Source: Protoeuglena noctilucae
Taxonomy: Eukaryota
Reading direction: 5' to 3'
NCBI GenBank assembly: GCA_958009085.1
Contig: OY253675.1
Coordinates: 124,001 to 188,000, forward strand
Length of the DNA: 64,000 nt
Made by a program: the position numbers and the translations under genes. Position 1 is the stretch's first letter. Every line of letters begins with the position of its first letter. Shown here piece by piece: positions 1 through 14,223 of this stretch. The notes below the pieces were generated by a model. It saw only the letters and a program-made list of their open reading frames with translations. It was not told the origin of the DNA and did not search any database.

Positions 1-643
1 GTGGGGCCGTCCGGCCTCTGCCCTGACCGTGGCACTCCCACTGCGCTCCTCCTCCGTTTTGGCGCTACCTCTGCCGGCTCCGACCTCCTCCGGTCCCCCG
101 CTTGGCGTCTTCTGTGGTCTGAGACTCTCCATGCCATCATCACCGCGCGCCGCTACTGGCGCACGGGCCATCCACTCCCAGGTGCACCCCCCATGCTACT
201 CCTTGACCCTCCCGATGCTCTAGCGTTGGCAAGGGCCGCTCGCATCGTCTCCTACGCCAGCCACAGGATCTCGTCCGCCATGGCCTGCCACCACCGCCTC
301 TCCTCTCCAGCTGCGGCCTCTATGCTCCAAGACCTCCACGATCCTTCCCTCCCCCAGGGGGTCTTCTTCAAGGCCATCTCTGTCACTCAAGACCTTTTCT
401 CTTCTTTCCCACCTCTGCCTCCCCCGCAGCCGCCACCCCATCGCCGTGTTCCATTGGAGCCGGGATAGGGGGGCTAGGGGGGGTTGTCTGTTCTCCGAGT
501 ATGCTAGCTTGGCGGCTACTACTGACCTTTGTGCCATCACCTCTCTTCTCCTACTCCTTCTCTCTATTCGGGTTTCTAGCGGGTAGGGTTTTGAGGGTAC
601 CCTAGCCGTCATCTCTTTAAATCCTCATTGGCAAAAAAAAAAA
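1..643 (+). mobile_element. 3' end of a non-LTR retrotransposon (ORF C-terminus, 3' UTR, poly-A tail)
   Basis: ORF 1..468 is open from the window edge and has WRLLWSETLHAIITARR, resembling LINE ORF2 tails. A CT-rich UTR follows, then an A-run at ~633-644. Confidence 0.45.
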
Positions 644-746
644 ATGCTGCCGCCCGGCGCTCGCGGTCGTCCCTGTCCTCGCCCCGTCGCTCGTCCGCGA
701 GGGATTTCAGCTGCCCCGTGCCGGGAATGGTTGAAAGTGGGGAGCG

Positions 747-3739
747 ATGGCAACTAGCGGCAGTTCTTTCGATTTATCGCACCTCCTGGAGGCGCTGGCC
801 AAGCGCAGGCAGGTGCGAGCGCGCGGGATGGCGTGGCCTGGGGCGTGGGAGCGCATGGATGCGGCCCAGGCCCCAGCCCGCGCACATCGCGCTCTCGGTT
901 CGCATATACGCTCGACGGTGGCACGACATGCAAGCCATCCGGCCAGCGGCGGGCAGGACCGCGCACGATACTCGTCGCGCCGGATGTGCAACAGCCCTGC
1001 GACGCGCCTGCGCCCCCGCAGACGGGCGAGCCCCTCCGAGCGCTCCTTCCCTCGTCATCCGCATACTTGAAGTCCAATAAATCTGCCGCTGCGGCCAAGG
1101 CGGGGAAAGGTGCGCAGGGAGCGGGGGAGCACGTCCGTTTGGCGCACGCTTCGCGCATTCATCCGACAGCGTTGTCTTCCCGTCGCAGAGCGGGAGTATG
1201 AGTTCACGGCCGAAGAGGAGGCGTCGTTCCGGGAGCTTGTCTCCGCGATGGGCGTGGCGTCGTCGCGGTACATGGGCGTGGTTGTCGTGTGCGCTTTCTA
1301 CCTGGTGACTGGCGGATCGCAAGCGTCGAAACACATCGCAAATATAGTAGTTCAATTAGCATGGTCTCAGGTCTCGGTGCCACGCCTTGCCTCGCCTCGC
1401 TTCAGCTGTTTGACGTGTGCGCAATTCGGGCGCAGGTCCTGCTGGTGGTGAAGCGGACGTGGGGCTTCAGCGTCTGCCTGGGGCTGGTCACCGACATCCT
1501 CAACAACTACGCTGTCGCAGCGTTGATCCATGCCGGTGAGTCGATGCGTCACTTGCTGTGGTCCATCACTGCCCTGTGCTCCCCGCATGCGCACGCATCG
1601 CACCCACACCCTCGCTTGCCCTCCACCTTGCGTGACTTGCTGTTTCTCTCCCCGTCTCACATGCACACATACCGCAGTCGTCATCGCCACATCCCTCTCG
1701 CCCCTCACCCTCACCCCCAGGCGCGTCCCACTTCTCCGCGATCGTCAACACCACGGGCTCTGACATCGAGTGCCTCATGCTGGGACTGGCCCACATCGCC
1801 GACCTCTACCAGCAGCTGGCGGCCGTGTGGATCGGATCCGCCATCATCTCCTTCACCCAGAGCGCCGCCGCGTGGCCCTCCGCCTCCATCCTCATCACCG
1901 GTGAGACAGAGATCGACAAGCGGTGACGGAGTGCCCAGTGCATTCACCATGTCACCATGCCATTCGCTGTGTCATGCCGCGCACTGCTCTAGGATGGCGC
2001 ATGCGGCACGCACATGGCAACCCAGAGAGAGCGTGCCAAGCCCCCTGTGTTAGCCCTAAGCTTCTCTGTTAGATAGAAGTCAGTCAGTGGAGCCAGTCAT
2101 CATAACCAAGTCGTTGCTGTCGTGCCATCAAGCTGCCCACCCCTGCGCCCCGCCCGCAGGCTTCGCGGCTGCTGCGGCCATCATGCGTGTGTTGGACATC
2201 TATGCGGGCCCTGTGGAGGCGCACACTGCCCTGACCAAGGCAGCCGCGCTGCCGCTGACCATCCTGCGATCCAACTTCCAGCTCATGAGCGACGATTCGG
2301 TGGACATGTCGGCGCTGGCCTCGCGCATACGGCGCACCCAGGACCTGCAGGAGCAGAGGCAGGCGCTGCGGCAGGCGCCGTCCTTCCGACGAGGAGGGGC
2401 GGGGGCGGCGGAGCTGGATGAGTTTCAGGCAAGGGGGCATGGGTGGATGAGTAACGGTATGGGTGGGTGATGGCATGAGTGGATGTGGGCAATGGTGGGT
2501 GCGTGCTTGGGGCGGGTGCGTGCCTGTCTTACCAGTCTTGGTCCTCTTACTGCTTGCTAGCCGAGATCTGCCTCTGATCCTGTGCTCCACATGTGCGATG
2601 CTAGGCTTTACTTGCTGCCGTCCGTCTGTGGCTCTTAGGATGCGCAAGAGGAGGGAGTGGAGGAGTTGTCAGCGGAGGATGTGGGTGTGATCCGGGAGTG
2701 GATAACGCAGGCGAGACGCACGGCACGGCAGGCAGCGCGAGTGCACGAGCAAACACGCGGGGTCAGAGCGGCGCGTGGTGTTTGTGCCGCTGTCGCTCGC
2801 GACGAAGCAGACGCGTCCCCTGTGCCTCTCCCACTGCTGTGTCTCTCTCCAGCACTGTGCCTCTCCCCCACTGCTGTGTCTCTGTCCAGCACTGCGCCTG
2901 TCCACCGCCTGCCCGCTTCAGGGCACACGCAGGCGACGGCGGAGCAGGCCGAGTTCGAGTTCAGCAAGCAGCAGGAGCGCTTCTTCAAGGAGCTCAACAA
3001 CAGCATCCGGCGCGCCGAGTCGGCCGTGTCCCTGCTGTGCCTGGCCGCGATGCTCGACCTGACCGTCAAGGCGGTGACGAGCGACTGGGTCAACGCGGTG
3101 CCAGCGGCCTTGGACATCCGCGCCTGGTGGACGATGCGCAGCTCCTTGCACTCGCTCAACTCCAAGTTCGTCACCATCATCGAGACGGAGGGGTCGGACA
3201 TCTCCGTGCTGCTGCAGGCGGTGGGGAGGGACGGCAAGGTGAGGGGCAGGGTGCGGGGGTGCGGGGCGGGCGCGCAGCCGGCAGGCGGGGCTCGAGCCGA
3301 CGGCATGTGCGGAGCGAGGGATGACTCGCTTGGTGGCGCAGGGCAGCGGTGGAGTGGGATGGCGGTTGGTTGATTGGTCGCCTGACAGCGGGGAGCTTGC
3401 CAGCACTTGTGGGTGTGACATGGAGTGCCCCGTCCCTCGCCCTGGCCTCGACGCGCCCCTGCGCTCGCGTTCCGTCCGCAGGGCATGACTCTGACGCGCC
3501 AGTTCGTGGGACTGCGCAACGGCGCCCAGATCGTCACGGTGGGCAAGGTCATTGCGCTGTTGCCGAGCCTGGTGGCCGCACTGGGGCTGGGCGCGTTGGC
3601 GTGGGTGGCGGGGCCGGTCGCGGCGCCGCTGCGGCCGGTCGTGGCGGCGCTGCAGAGGGTGGGGATCTGGGACCGACTGGTCGACGTCATGCTGGTGGCA
3701 AAGCGCATCGCCAACACGTTTGGGGGACTGTCGTTCTAG
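747..3739 (+). CDS. Multi-exon host gene, internally duplicated membrane-protein domain (DUF5362-like, tentative)
   Basis: Spliceable exons MATSGSSFDL.., EREYEFTAEEEASFREL.., FSAIVNTTGSDIECLM.., EFEFSKQQERFFKEL.., FVTIIETEGSDISVLL.., ending ANTFGGLSF*. Exon boundaries are approximate. Confidence 0.6.
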
Positions 3740-4494
3740 GGTGGAAGACCGCGTGCGGAGGCGCGGCGACTCGCAGACGCCGCATTGGCGCCCCGGACGC
3801 ATCCCGTGGACATAGAGAGCGGATGCTGGCTCAGGGCGAGTGCGTGGAATGCGTGCCGATGCGGTGGCGGGGGCGATGCGGTTGTCGACGCTGAAGTGCG
3901 CGGGAGCGGCAGTGTTTCCGACACTCTGATGACCGCACAGCAGTATCGCTGCCACATCCTGTGCTAGCATCAGCTCATTGGGGCTACTGCAGACTCGGCG
4001 CATGCAGTGCGACAGTAGGCCGCGCTCGGTCGTCGAAAGGCGGATGTAGATGCCACTGCTCTGCCAACGAGAATGCGCACGTGAAGCAAGGCCTCGCGCA
4101 GGCTGCACATGGCGGTGCGCGGCTAGCCGGGACCTCTGGCGCAGGACATACCCGCCGGAGCCGCCGTCGCGCCCCGTCGCCGCTGCGCGCGACCGGGTGC
4201 ATGCAATACTGACCATATCCAGGCACAGGCGCTGGCGCTGAAAGAGGCCGACACTGCACAGCGGGCTTTGCACGTTTGGAGGCATAAATCGGGCCCTCTC
4301 CGGCGCGGACAGGACGCGCGAGGCGAGCGCGCGAGGCATCTGGGGGGTGAGAGTGCAATGGTGGATCGCGAAGGGTCTCTGTGCAGCTGGGGCGGATGCC
4401 GTGCGTGGTACAGCGCCCATGCATGCTTGGTACGTGCACACGCAGACGGGGCTCGGAGGCGGCGTGCGGAGGTCGATCGGTGGAGCGTGTGGAC

Positions 4495-6089
4495 ATGTCG
4501 GCGTCGTCGGGGGCGACTACCGTGGGTGAGTCGCAGCGGCGAGGCCGTCTGGCTTGGTGTCGCTTTGGCTGTGTTGTGACGGCATTCCGCGTGGGCCTGT
4601 CGCGTGCGCAGGGTGGGGCGACTTGCCCGGGGAGATGCATCGCGAGATCCTGCGGCTGGTGCCGCTGCGCGACGCGACGGCGGCGCGGGCGGTGTCGCGG
4701 GAGATGCGCGATGAGGTGGACGAGGTGTGGAGGGCGTGGGGCATCCGGGCCACGGCGGAGGACAGGCGGGAGGACATATGCATTCACTTGCGGTCCCGTA
4801 TGCAAGAAGGCACGCTCGACTACGGCCCGCTGGTGGTGTACGCGCATGACGGGTCCCATGCGCACCACCTGGCGAGCCTGGGGCTGTGGTGGCTGGCCCT
4901 GCTGGCGGAGGCGCCGGGCATCCACGGCATGTCGTGGACCGTGCGTGATGTTCGGGACGTCGACCAGTCGCCGCTGATGGTGGCGGTGCAGGCGCGGCGG
5001 CCAGTGGGGCGCGGGGCGGACGGCAGGGTGGAGTGCGCGTACGCGCTGGGGGACAAGGAGGTGGCGCGGGTGGTGCGGGCGGCGGTGGGGTTGGGGGCGG
5101 ACGTCAACCGGCGGCTGCAGGGAGCGTGGCCGCTGATGACGTACTGCGCGAAGCGGGGCTGCCTGGAGGCAGTGAAGGCGTGCCTGGCAGCGGGGGCGGA
5201 GGTGGACGCGGCAAGAGGGAATGAGCGTGGAGACTGGTGGACGGCGTTGGTGCATGCCGGTCATGAGGGTCACGAGGCGGTGGTGGAGGCGCTGCTGGAG
5301 GCGGGGGCGTCGGCCACGGTCGGGCGGCATGGCCGGGATCAGACGATGGCGACTGTATGCGGTGGTCAGCCGACGCCGGGCATCGTGAGGCGGCTGGCGG
5401 AGGCGGGGGCAGACGTCAACGCTTATCATGGCTTGTACTCTAAGGCCATCGACTGGGCAGCACGAAGGGGCAACGTGGCCGTGCTGGAGGCTTTGGTGGA
5501 TCTGGGGGCCAACGTGACTGCCACCGCAAATAATAATAGGTGCACCACGATGCATATTGCGGGGACAGGGGAGGTGGTGCGGTTGCTGGCAGCACATGGG
5601 CTGAGCGTCCAGGGCGATGGGGTCAACGACTCCCCACTCATGATGGCCTGCTCTTATGGCCACGTCGATGTTGTCTGCGCTCTAATGGAGCTGGGGGCGG
5701 ACGTCCATTACAAGGACAGGGAAGCGTACACGGCTCTCCATTGCGCGGTAGGATTCTACAAGCAAGAGGCTGTGGAGATGACGCAGCTGCTGCTGGGAGC
5801 AGGGGCGGACGTCAATGCTGCCAACGCATCCGGCAGGGCGCCCTTGCACATGGTCTGGCACGCCACGTGCGTCGACCTGCTGGTGGACGCCGGGGCAGAC
5901 CTGGAGGCGAGGGACAGGTTGGGCATGACGCCCATCTGTGTCGCTGCGAGGTACTTATCCGATGCCGAAGTGATGCTGCGGATGGCCGACCGCGGCGCGG
6001 ACCTGGTCAACACGGGTGGGGAGCCAGGGTTTGTGCAGCGTCGCGTGGCGGAGCTGTGGGCCGAGCGCAGCCGCGTCCACGCCATCTGA
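4495..6089 (+). CDS. F-box-like + ankyrin-repeat protein, copy 1 (exons 4495-4525, 4612-6089)
   Basis: WGDLPGEMHREILRLVPLRDATAARAVSREMR is F-box-like. Multiple ankyrin repeats (TALHCAV..LLLGAGADVN). GT-AG phase-1 intron conserved in the paralogues. Confidence 0.85.
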
Positions 6090-9000
6090 CCCACCCAGGT
6101 GAGGAGGGCGGCTGCGGCTCTGGTGTCGGTGGGTTTGGGTGCCGGCTTGTCATGCTGGGATGTGGGGCAGGTGGCGCGTGCAGCAGCGTTAGCAGCGGCT
6201 GATGGCGATGTGTGTGATGGCTGTGTGGCTGCTCTCATGCGCAGAGGGGTGGTGCATGGCGTGCATGGGCTCTGTGTGTGGGTCCGTGATACAGCTGAGG
6301 TGCGGCTGTGCATGGTGTCTGGAGTGACGTGCAGCCCTCCCGCACTTGCAGGGCTGGGGCGGTGGGTGGCCCAGGCGGCCCTGCACGCGTCCCGGCGGAG
6401 AGCCGCATGGCACTGGCAGGGTGGACGGCGGCGTGGTTGGCAGACGCCGGGCAGCGGGCCGGTGACGGCGGGGTGGGGTCCTGGTGGGGGGCTGTGGCAC
6501 GGCGTCATGACTGGTTGACGGAGCATCCCACAGCCAGCGCAGATGCCGGGCTTGTTGTGGCCCTGCGCGCATGCGTGCGAGCCGCGGTCGTCCCGATGGA
6601 CCACGTGGGTGCAGGTGGCGGGCACACAGAGGGGCGGTCGCTTGCTGTTGAAGCGGGCCTGGCTGTGTTGATCCCTGCTGCGTGCGAGGCGCAGAAGCAC
6701 GCACGCCCATCCAAGCGTGGCTAGCCGCGGCGTGGTGGCATGGGCACGGTATTGGCATAGCCACCCTCTGAACTGCTATCTGGATGTGCGAGCGCCCTCT
6801 CGGTCCTGGGCCGGCCATGGCCGGGTTCGGCAGTGTCGAGGCGCAGGTCTTGGTGTTGCAATGGTCGGTGGCCTGGCTAGCAAGTGGGGCGATACAAGTG
6901 CCAAGTGCTGGGGCAGGACTGTATAGAGTGCAGTGCGTGGCACCTGAGGACTTGACAAGCCGCAAGCAGGGATTCCTGCTCGGAGACGACAACCACTCGA
7001 TAGTCGGTCCGGCAAAAGCACTCACACCAGCATCGACGCAGGCGACTGCACAGGCGCCCGCCCACCGCTGGCCTGGCGCGCAACCGGCACGGGGCATAAC
7101 CCACGCTTGTCACGGTTCACGCTCCGAACGCGGGGCTCGGGACCGGCGCTGCGCACATCGCAATCGGGCAGCTGAGCATGTGCGAGTGCGAGACGCGCGA
7201 CGTTGCGAGCACGCGAGCGGAGTGCGAAAGGGCAGTCGCAAGCGTGGGTTTGAGTGCTACTGACTGCGCCGCTGAGTCCAGGCGGCCAAGGGACAAGCGC
7301 CGGCGCAGTGGTGGGCGGCAGCGGTGCGGGTGCTGGGGATGTGTGGCGCATGTGAAGGGGCCGTGCGGCCGTGCATGTGAGAGCGGGCCGGCGAGGGCGA
7401 GCAGCGGGCGGGCGGCGGGCAGCAAGCTTTCGACGAGCGCGGCGCTGGAGGGAGGAGGGTGCGGGTGCAGGTTGCGGGTGCTTGGCTGTAAACAGCAGCC
7501 GGCTATCGCGAGCCTTGCTGTGCGGTGCCTCGTTTGTGCAAATGCGCCCTTTGGTTGCGAGCGCTGAAAGTTGAGACACCCACGCCTGACTTGTCTCGAC
7601 TATCTGGCATGGCTTTGGCTATTCCCGCGGCCTTCTGAGATCATGTTGCCCGCGCCGGAGTCCCGGCGCCGTAGATAGGGGACCCCTGTTGCGCGGTGGT
7701 AGCGTGTTACATCCACACCACAGCATGCGTCTGCCACCGCCTGCACCCTGTGTGGCCTTGAAACCATGACAGCCATGACACATCCTCCACCCTGCTAGCT
7801 GTCCATGACGAGTGAGTGACTCGCACACCGACCCTGCAGGCCAAGTTGCTGTGGATGACGGTGCGCCATGGGAGCATGCGCCGTGGGATGCCGCTGCTGA
7901 GGGACTCCGGTGCCCTCTCAGCCGGCTCCGTTCCTCCACTGCTACTCAACTGCCAGCCAGCCCCTGACCCTGTGCGCAGGACCAGAGCGGCCTCTAGTTG
8001 AGCAGACCCACAAGGCCTGTGGGTTGAAAGGGGCCCACGTGCTCCATGCTAGACGGGGCAAGGCGAGGACGCCCCGCCTGGCCGCCAGTAGCCGAGCGGC
8101 ACAGGGGCTAAGCTTGCCAAGGGGCGGGCTGAGCCCCGGCCACCTCGCGTGCCACCACGGGAGCAAAACATACACGTCCTGGCTGCCAGCCACTCCATCG
8201 AGCTCTGTCTTTGGTGTTCTCGAAGCCCTGTGCTAGTTCTGGCCGGTTCTTGAAGTGGGCAGCGGCAGGAGAGCTGACCAAGGACTGCAGAAGGCGGTGT
8301 AAGGCCGATTGCTCGCTGCAGTCAGTCGACGGCTCCCGCCAGGTCGGTCAACGGCGGCGCGCAAGCTCAATGCATCTAAGGAGCTCCCAGGTGCTCCGCC
8401 ACAGATCCCCGCCTCGGTCGCTTGACGTCACTCCACCCGCAGCCCAGCGCAGCAATGCGACCAGGCGGATGGGGCGGCAAGCTGAGCAGATATGAAGGCC
8501 GCGGGGTCAAACGGCATGCACGGGCCGCGGCTGGGGACTGCACATCGTTATGTGGTCTGCTGGGCACCGCATGCATGGCCTGTCCCATGCAGACGCCCTC
8601 TCAACGGGTGGGAGGACGCGCATGCCGGGCGTGGAGGCGGCCATAGACGGGACTGCTGGTGCGGGACGCCGCTTCATGCGCAGGCCGGCGCTCCATCCAG
8701 CGGCGCGTGGAAGCAAAGGTCCATGCTTGTGGCCTCGCCAGCAGCCCCGCTCTGCGCCACGGGACCCCGCGAAAGCCAGGCACGGGCGGGGCTGCCCAAT
8801 AGCAACGCTGCTGACGACCGGCTGCGGATGCCCCGCACACCATCGCGGCCGCGCGGACCACCGGCCAGCCCATCGACGGCGCTCGGCTCGCAAGCAAGCA
8901 AGCGAGGATGCACGTGCTGTCGGCTGCCTGCGCGTGTCGCTTGCCGCTCGTCGGGTGCGGGGACGCGATCGGAGACCCTCGCTGACGGATGACCCGGCCG

Positions 9001-9415
9001 ACGCGCGCATCGACGCAGACGGCGGCGCAGCGGGGCAATCGCAGGCCTGGCGTGCAACCGACACGGGGCCTCCCCCGCGCGGCCCGGGCACCGATCGCGG
9101 GGCTCGGGCCCGGCGCAGCGCACATCTCGCGAGTCGTCGGATGCGAGCCTGAGCCATCGGTCGCAAACGCGCGAGCGGAGTGAGCCGGAACTGAGGCTGG
9201 TCACGCAGTGCAGAGCTAAGCCTTGTCTGCGTCCGCTCCGCATCGTTCCGGGGCCGAGGGGGCCTCGTGCAGGACGCGTGAGTGGAGCATGCAGCTGCTT
9301 AGCAGGACGGAGCCGGACGGGAGGCCTCCGACGCCGCGCCTGCGCTGGTTGGATGCAACGCATGCGTGGGCAGCCGTGACGGTGCGCAGCGGGCGTGCCC
9401 GCAGACGGGGTGGCG

Positions 9416-11037
9416 ATGCCGGGCGGTGCGGAGGCCAAGGTAGCGTCGGGGGCCAACCGCAGGGGTCCGTGCGTGGGTGAGGCGCTGCAGCGAGGCCACC
9501 CGCCGGTGCATGTGTTGGCTGGTCATGCTGCGCCACCCCGCGTGGTCCTGTCGCTTGTGCAGGGTGGGACGATCTGCCTGGAGAGCTGCATCGCAAGATC
9601 CTGTGGCTGATACCGCTGCGCGACGCGACGGCGGCGCGGGCGGTGTCGCGGGAGATGCGCGATGAGGTGGACGAGGTGTGGAGGGCGTGGGGCATCCGGG
9701 CCACGGCGGAGGACAGGCGGGAGGACATATGCATTCACTTGCGGTCCCGTATGCAAGAAGGCACGCTCGACTACGGCCCGCTGGTGGTGTACGCGCATGA
9801 CGGGTCCCATGCGCACCACCTGGCGAGCCTGGGGCTGTGGTGGCTGGCCCTGCTGGCGGAGGCGCCGGGCATCCACGGCATGTCGTGGACCGTGCGTGAT
9901 GTTCGGGACGTCGACCAGTCGCCGCTGATGGTGGCGGTGCAGGCGCGGCGGCCAGTGGGGCGCGGGGCGGACGGCAGGGTGGAGTGCGCGTACGCGCTGG
10001 GGGACAAGGAGGTGGCGCGGGTGGTGCGGGCGGCGGTGGGGTTGGGGGCGGACGTCAACCGGCGGCTGCAGGGAGCGTGGCCGCTGATGACGTACTGCGC
10101 GAAGCGGGGCTGCCTGGAGGCAGTGAAGGCGTGCCTGGCAGCGGGGGCGGAGGTGGACGCGGCAAGAGGGAATGAGCGTGGAGACTGGTGGACGGCGTTG
10201 GTGCATGCCGGTCATGAGGGTCACGAGGCGGTGGTGGAGGCGCTGCTGGAGGCGGGGGCGTCGGCCACGGTCGGGCGGCATGGCCGGGATCAGACGATGG
10301 CGACTGTATGCGGTGGTCAGCCGACGCCGGGCATCGTGAGGCGGCTGGCGGAGGCGGGGGCGGATGTGAACGGGGTGGGTAAAGACAGTGAATCAGCCCT
10401 TCACAAGGCAGCACAAAGGGGCAACCTGGCCATCATGGAGGCCCTGGTGGATCAGGGGGCCGAGCTGGAGACTCCCAGATATAACGCGATGCATTTTGCT
10501 GCAACGAGGGAGGTGGTGCGGTGGCTGGCGGCGCGTGGGCTGAGCATCCAGGGCGATGGGGTCAACGAGTCCCCACTCATGTGGACCTGCATTCGTGGCC
10601 GCATCGACGCCGTCCGCGCTCTGATGGAGCTGGGCGCGGATGTCCAGTACAGGGGCATGGAAGGTGAAACGGCTCTGCACTTCGCGGTGCATTGTGTTGA
10701 AGAGGGACCATCGATGGAGCTGACGCAGCTGCTGCTGGCGGCGGGGGCGGATGCCAATGCTGCCAACGCATACAGCAGGGCGCCCCTGCACCGGGTCAAG
10801 CACGCCGCGTGCGTGGACGTGCTGGTGCACGCCGGGGCAGACCTGGAGGCGCGGACGAGGGAGGGCAAGACGCCGATATGCGTTGTCGCTGAATGCGACT
10901 GGCCGCACAAACTCAAGGCGGTGCTGCGACTGGCCGACCGCGGCGCGGAGCTGGTTAACACGGGCGGGGAGCCAGGGCTGGTGGAGCGCATAGTGGCGGA
11001 GCTGCGGGCCCAGAACAGCAGCAGCCCGCCCGGCTGA
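9416..11037 (+). CDS. F-box-like + ankyrin-repeat protein, copy 2 (intron 9477-9562)
   Basis: WDDLPGELHRKILWLIPLRD followed by ankyrin repeats. ~9612-10361 appears identical to copy 1. Confidence 0.85.
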
Positions 11038-11879
11038 CCACGCATGCGAGGTGAGGGCGTGGGGCATTGTCGGCATGTGCTGCAGCGTGTGGACGGGATG
11101 CGAGAGGTGGCAATGGCAGGCATTGGCAGCCGTAAGCGTGGGTGTGAGTGCTACTGACTGCGCCGCTGAGCGCAGGCGGCCAGGGGACCGGCACCGGGCC
11201 AGGGCGGACGGCAGCGGTGCGGGTTCTGGGGTGTTGTGGCGCACGTGCGGGAGCGTGGCATGGGCGGCGCTTGGTTGCCTGGACGCGCCATCCAGCGGCG
11301 TCCCTACAACAGGCAGCGGTGCGATGGAGGACGGGCGGGGCAGTGTGGCGACGTATGGAGCTGCGTCAATAACAGGGTCGGTCCTTCACAGCGAGCAGCG
11401 GGCATGTGGCGGCCAGCGAGGGGGCGGCAGGCGCAGCGCTTGAAGGAGGAAGGCGCGAGTGCGGGTGCATATGTGCTGGGCTGCGAGGCGCGCTTTGAAA
11501 GGGAGGCGAGCCACGGGATGAGCTGTCTGCGCAAGGGCCCACCCACTCCCACAGTGCAGATGGCACGCCCTTCCGTGCAAGCCATCCTCTCTGTGCATTC
11601 CAGTCGTCACTCTCGTGCCAACAAGTCCACCTTTCAAACAAGGCTCGTCCACGGTATGTCAGACCCTGCAAGACTTGGGGCGCAGCCCTGCACATGTTTA
11701 TCAATCCTATGCATGCTCTCACGGCACCCGGATGCCCTGCCCACCCGCAGTCGCACCCACCCACCACTTCAGCACCCCAGCACCTACCCTCCCACTCTCT
11801 CCCGCACCCCTACCCCCCCTCCACCAGCACCCGCCCTCCCATGGTCACTCTCTCCCTCTGTCGCATGACATGACACGCC

Positions 11880-14223
11880 CTAACCCCCCTCCACCAAATC
11901 CAGCATCACGAACGCGGCCTTCCGGAACCCCTCGTGGTCCTCCAGCCTCGCCCTGACCAGCGCCTCGGCCCGGCTCACTGTGCACGCGTCCACGCACCCC
12001 ATCACGGTCTGCACGCCGCGGTCGGCCAGGGCAGCGACGACGCGGGGATCCGAGGCGACGCGGTCCAGGGCAACGCGCTGAAAGGGAGGGCGAGGGTGAG
12101 GGATTGGAGGGGTGAGGGTGTGAGGGAGGGCGATGAGATCTTTTGGCTTGCCAACCAGCGTGAGGGCGAGGGGATTGAGGAGTGAGGGCATGATGGATTG
12201 ACAGAGTGGAGAGGGTGATATGATTGGAAGGGACGGAGTGAATGGGTGAGTGCGACTGGGGAAGTCGAGGTCGTCAGTGGTGGGTGTGATGAGTGAGGGC
12301 AGGGACACCCAGTGTGTCCCACCTGCACCCGCTCCCACCCTTGCCCCACGCTACGACCGCCCCACTCGCCGGAAGGCGCAGATAGGCGTCCTCCTCGTTC
12401 CTGTCGTCCTCCCAGGGCCTCGACGGCTGCACCCGCGGGGCGTCAGCAGGAGGGGCCCCCGGGGGCGGTCGCGGGGGTGGCACCGCGATGCCCTCGCCCG
12501 CCACCACCCGCACCGTCACCGACTCGACCGGGCACCCGCGACGGCCCGGCAGAGACGCGGGCTGGAGCTCTGCCGATGCACCCGCAACCGCACCCACACC
12601 GCCACCCGCACCCACACCCGCACCGCCGCTGGGCCCCGCAGCATCCTCCGCCCCACCCGATCTCCCGCCATCTGCATCATTACCCTCCACTCCAGCCCCA
12701 ACCTCCCCCGCCTCCCCTCCCTCGCCCCTCCCGGTCCCACTGGTGCCACCATCGCCATCACCAGCCAGCCCCTCCACTCCACCTGACCCCGCTGCATCCC
12801 CTGCCCCAACCCCCGCCTCGCCAGCACCCCCGTCGCCCTCCACTCTCCGCCGCTTGACCTCGCGCCCCTCCTCCACTGCCGCCCCACTGTCCGCACCCCC
12901 CACTCCGTCCGCGGCCTTGGGTTGGCCCGCAGCTCCGTCCACCGCCCCATCCGCCACCTCGTCCGCACCCGCCGTCGCCGCCCACTTCACCGTCCGCACC
13001 TTGCCAGTGCGGAAGTGCCGGGGCACGTCTCTGCAACCACAAAAGATGAAAGGGGGTGGCATGAGAGAGGGCCTGGCATGATGTGCAGCGTGGCCATGGA
13101 CTATTGAACAGCCCGCTCCTACAGCGCATTCTCTTAGCATCCACCCTCGGCACCCATTCACTTTCTAGCACCACCCACGTCACGACCAGCCATGCACCCA
13201 CGACCACGTCCCAGCCAGGCATGCACCCACCCACCCCTCCTCATGGGCCCTCACCGGAACTGCTGCATCGTCAGAACGCCCATCAGCACGTGGTCAGCCG
13301 TAAAGACTCCCAGGTGACCCCGCTGCAGCGCCACCAGCGGGAGCGGCGGGGCGGGCGGCACCACCACGCCACTCTCCGGCGCACGCTCGCCCTCCCCCTT
13401 CGCCTCGCGAACTCCCGCGACCCCGCCACCCTCGCCCTCCGCCGCCGCAACGCTCGGATCCTCCGCCCCAGCCCCAGCCCCCGCCTGCTCGTCCCTCCTT
13501 CCCATCCCGGCCCCCGTCACAGTCGCACCGCCCGCCCCCGCCGCCTCGCCCCTGTCGCCCCGAGCAGCGAGCTGCTCCCCCAACGCCTTCACGTATGGAG
13601 CGTTTGCCCGATGGCCGTGAGGATGGGGCAGGTAATTGCCTGCGGGAGAAGGGCGACACAGGCAACACATGCAGCGCAATCGCGTGACCTGCACCGAACC
13701 AGCGGGGCTCCGCTGCGTAGAGCGGGTCGCTTTGACAGAGCAGCGCGCTTCGGGAACGAACGCCGGGATCGCCGGGCGGCGCAGCGCGCAGGAAGTCACG
13801 CACCGGCGGGGGTCTTGGCCGTGGGCGCCAGATAGACCGGCGCGCCGACCTTGACGCTGAAAGCCCATCGTTCGGCGAAGAAGAGATCGCGGATGGTAAC
13901 ATCGACCTTCTTTGGCGCGGAGCCTGCGCGCCGAGGGGGCGGAATCACACCCGGCTCTCCAGCTCCGCGGGCTGGCACGACCGGGCGCGCGCGAGGTCTC
14001 CAGGCGCGAGCGAGGTTACGAGGTACGAAACTCTACCAGAGAGCGCGGTTCACCTGCGGCGGGGACGCCGGGGCCGCGCCCACCAGGCATGCCGAACGGC
14101 GCAGGAGGAAAGAAGCCGGGCCCCCCTGGGAAGAAGCCGGGAGGCGGGCCATCACGGCCACGGAAGCCTCTCCCGCCTCGCTGCCCTCGGCCGCGCCTGT
14201 CTCGTCCATCCCTCGGCCGCATG
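11880..14223 (-). CDS. Multi-exon host gene, unknown function (RG/PG-rich N-terminus, acidic low-complexity middle)
   Basis: Joinable exons MRPRDGRDRRGRG.., KKVDVTIRDLFFAERWAF.., GHLGVFTADHVLMGVL.., EDAYLRLPASG.., RVALDRVASDPRVV..VEGG* with GT/AG boundaries. Confidence 0.55.

Noticed and set aside
6100..9400. Many long overlapping ORFs in GC-rich DNA (also 16600-19500, 47500-49200, 62900-64000)
   Set aside because: R/A/P/G-rich translations without recognisable motifs are expected by chance at high GC; several are antisense shadows of real genes.
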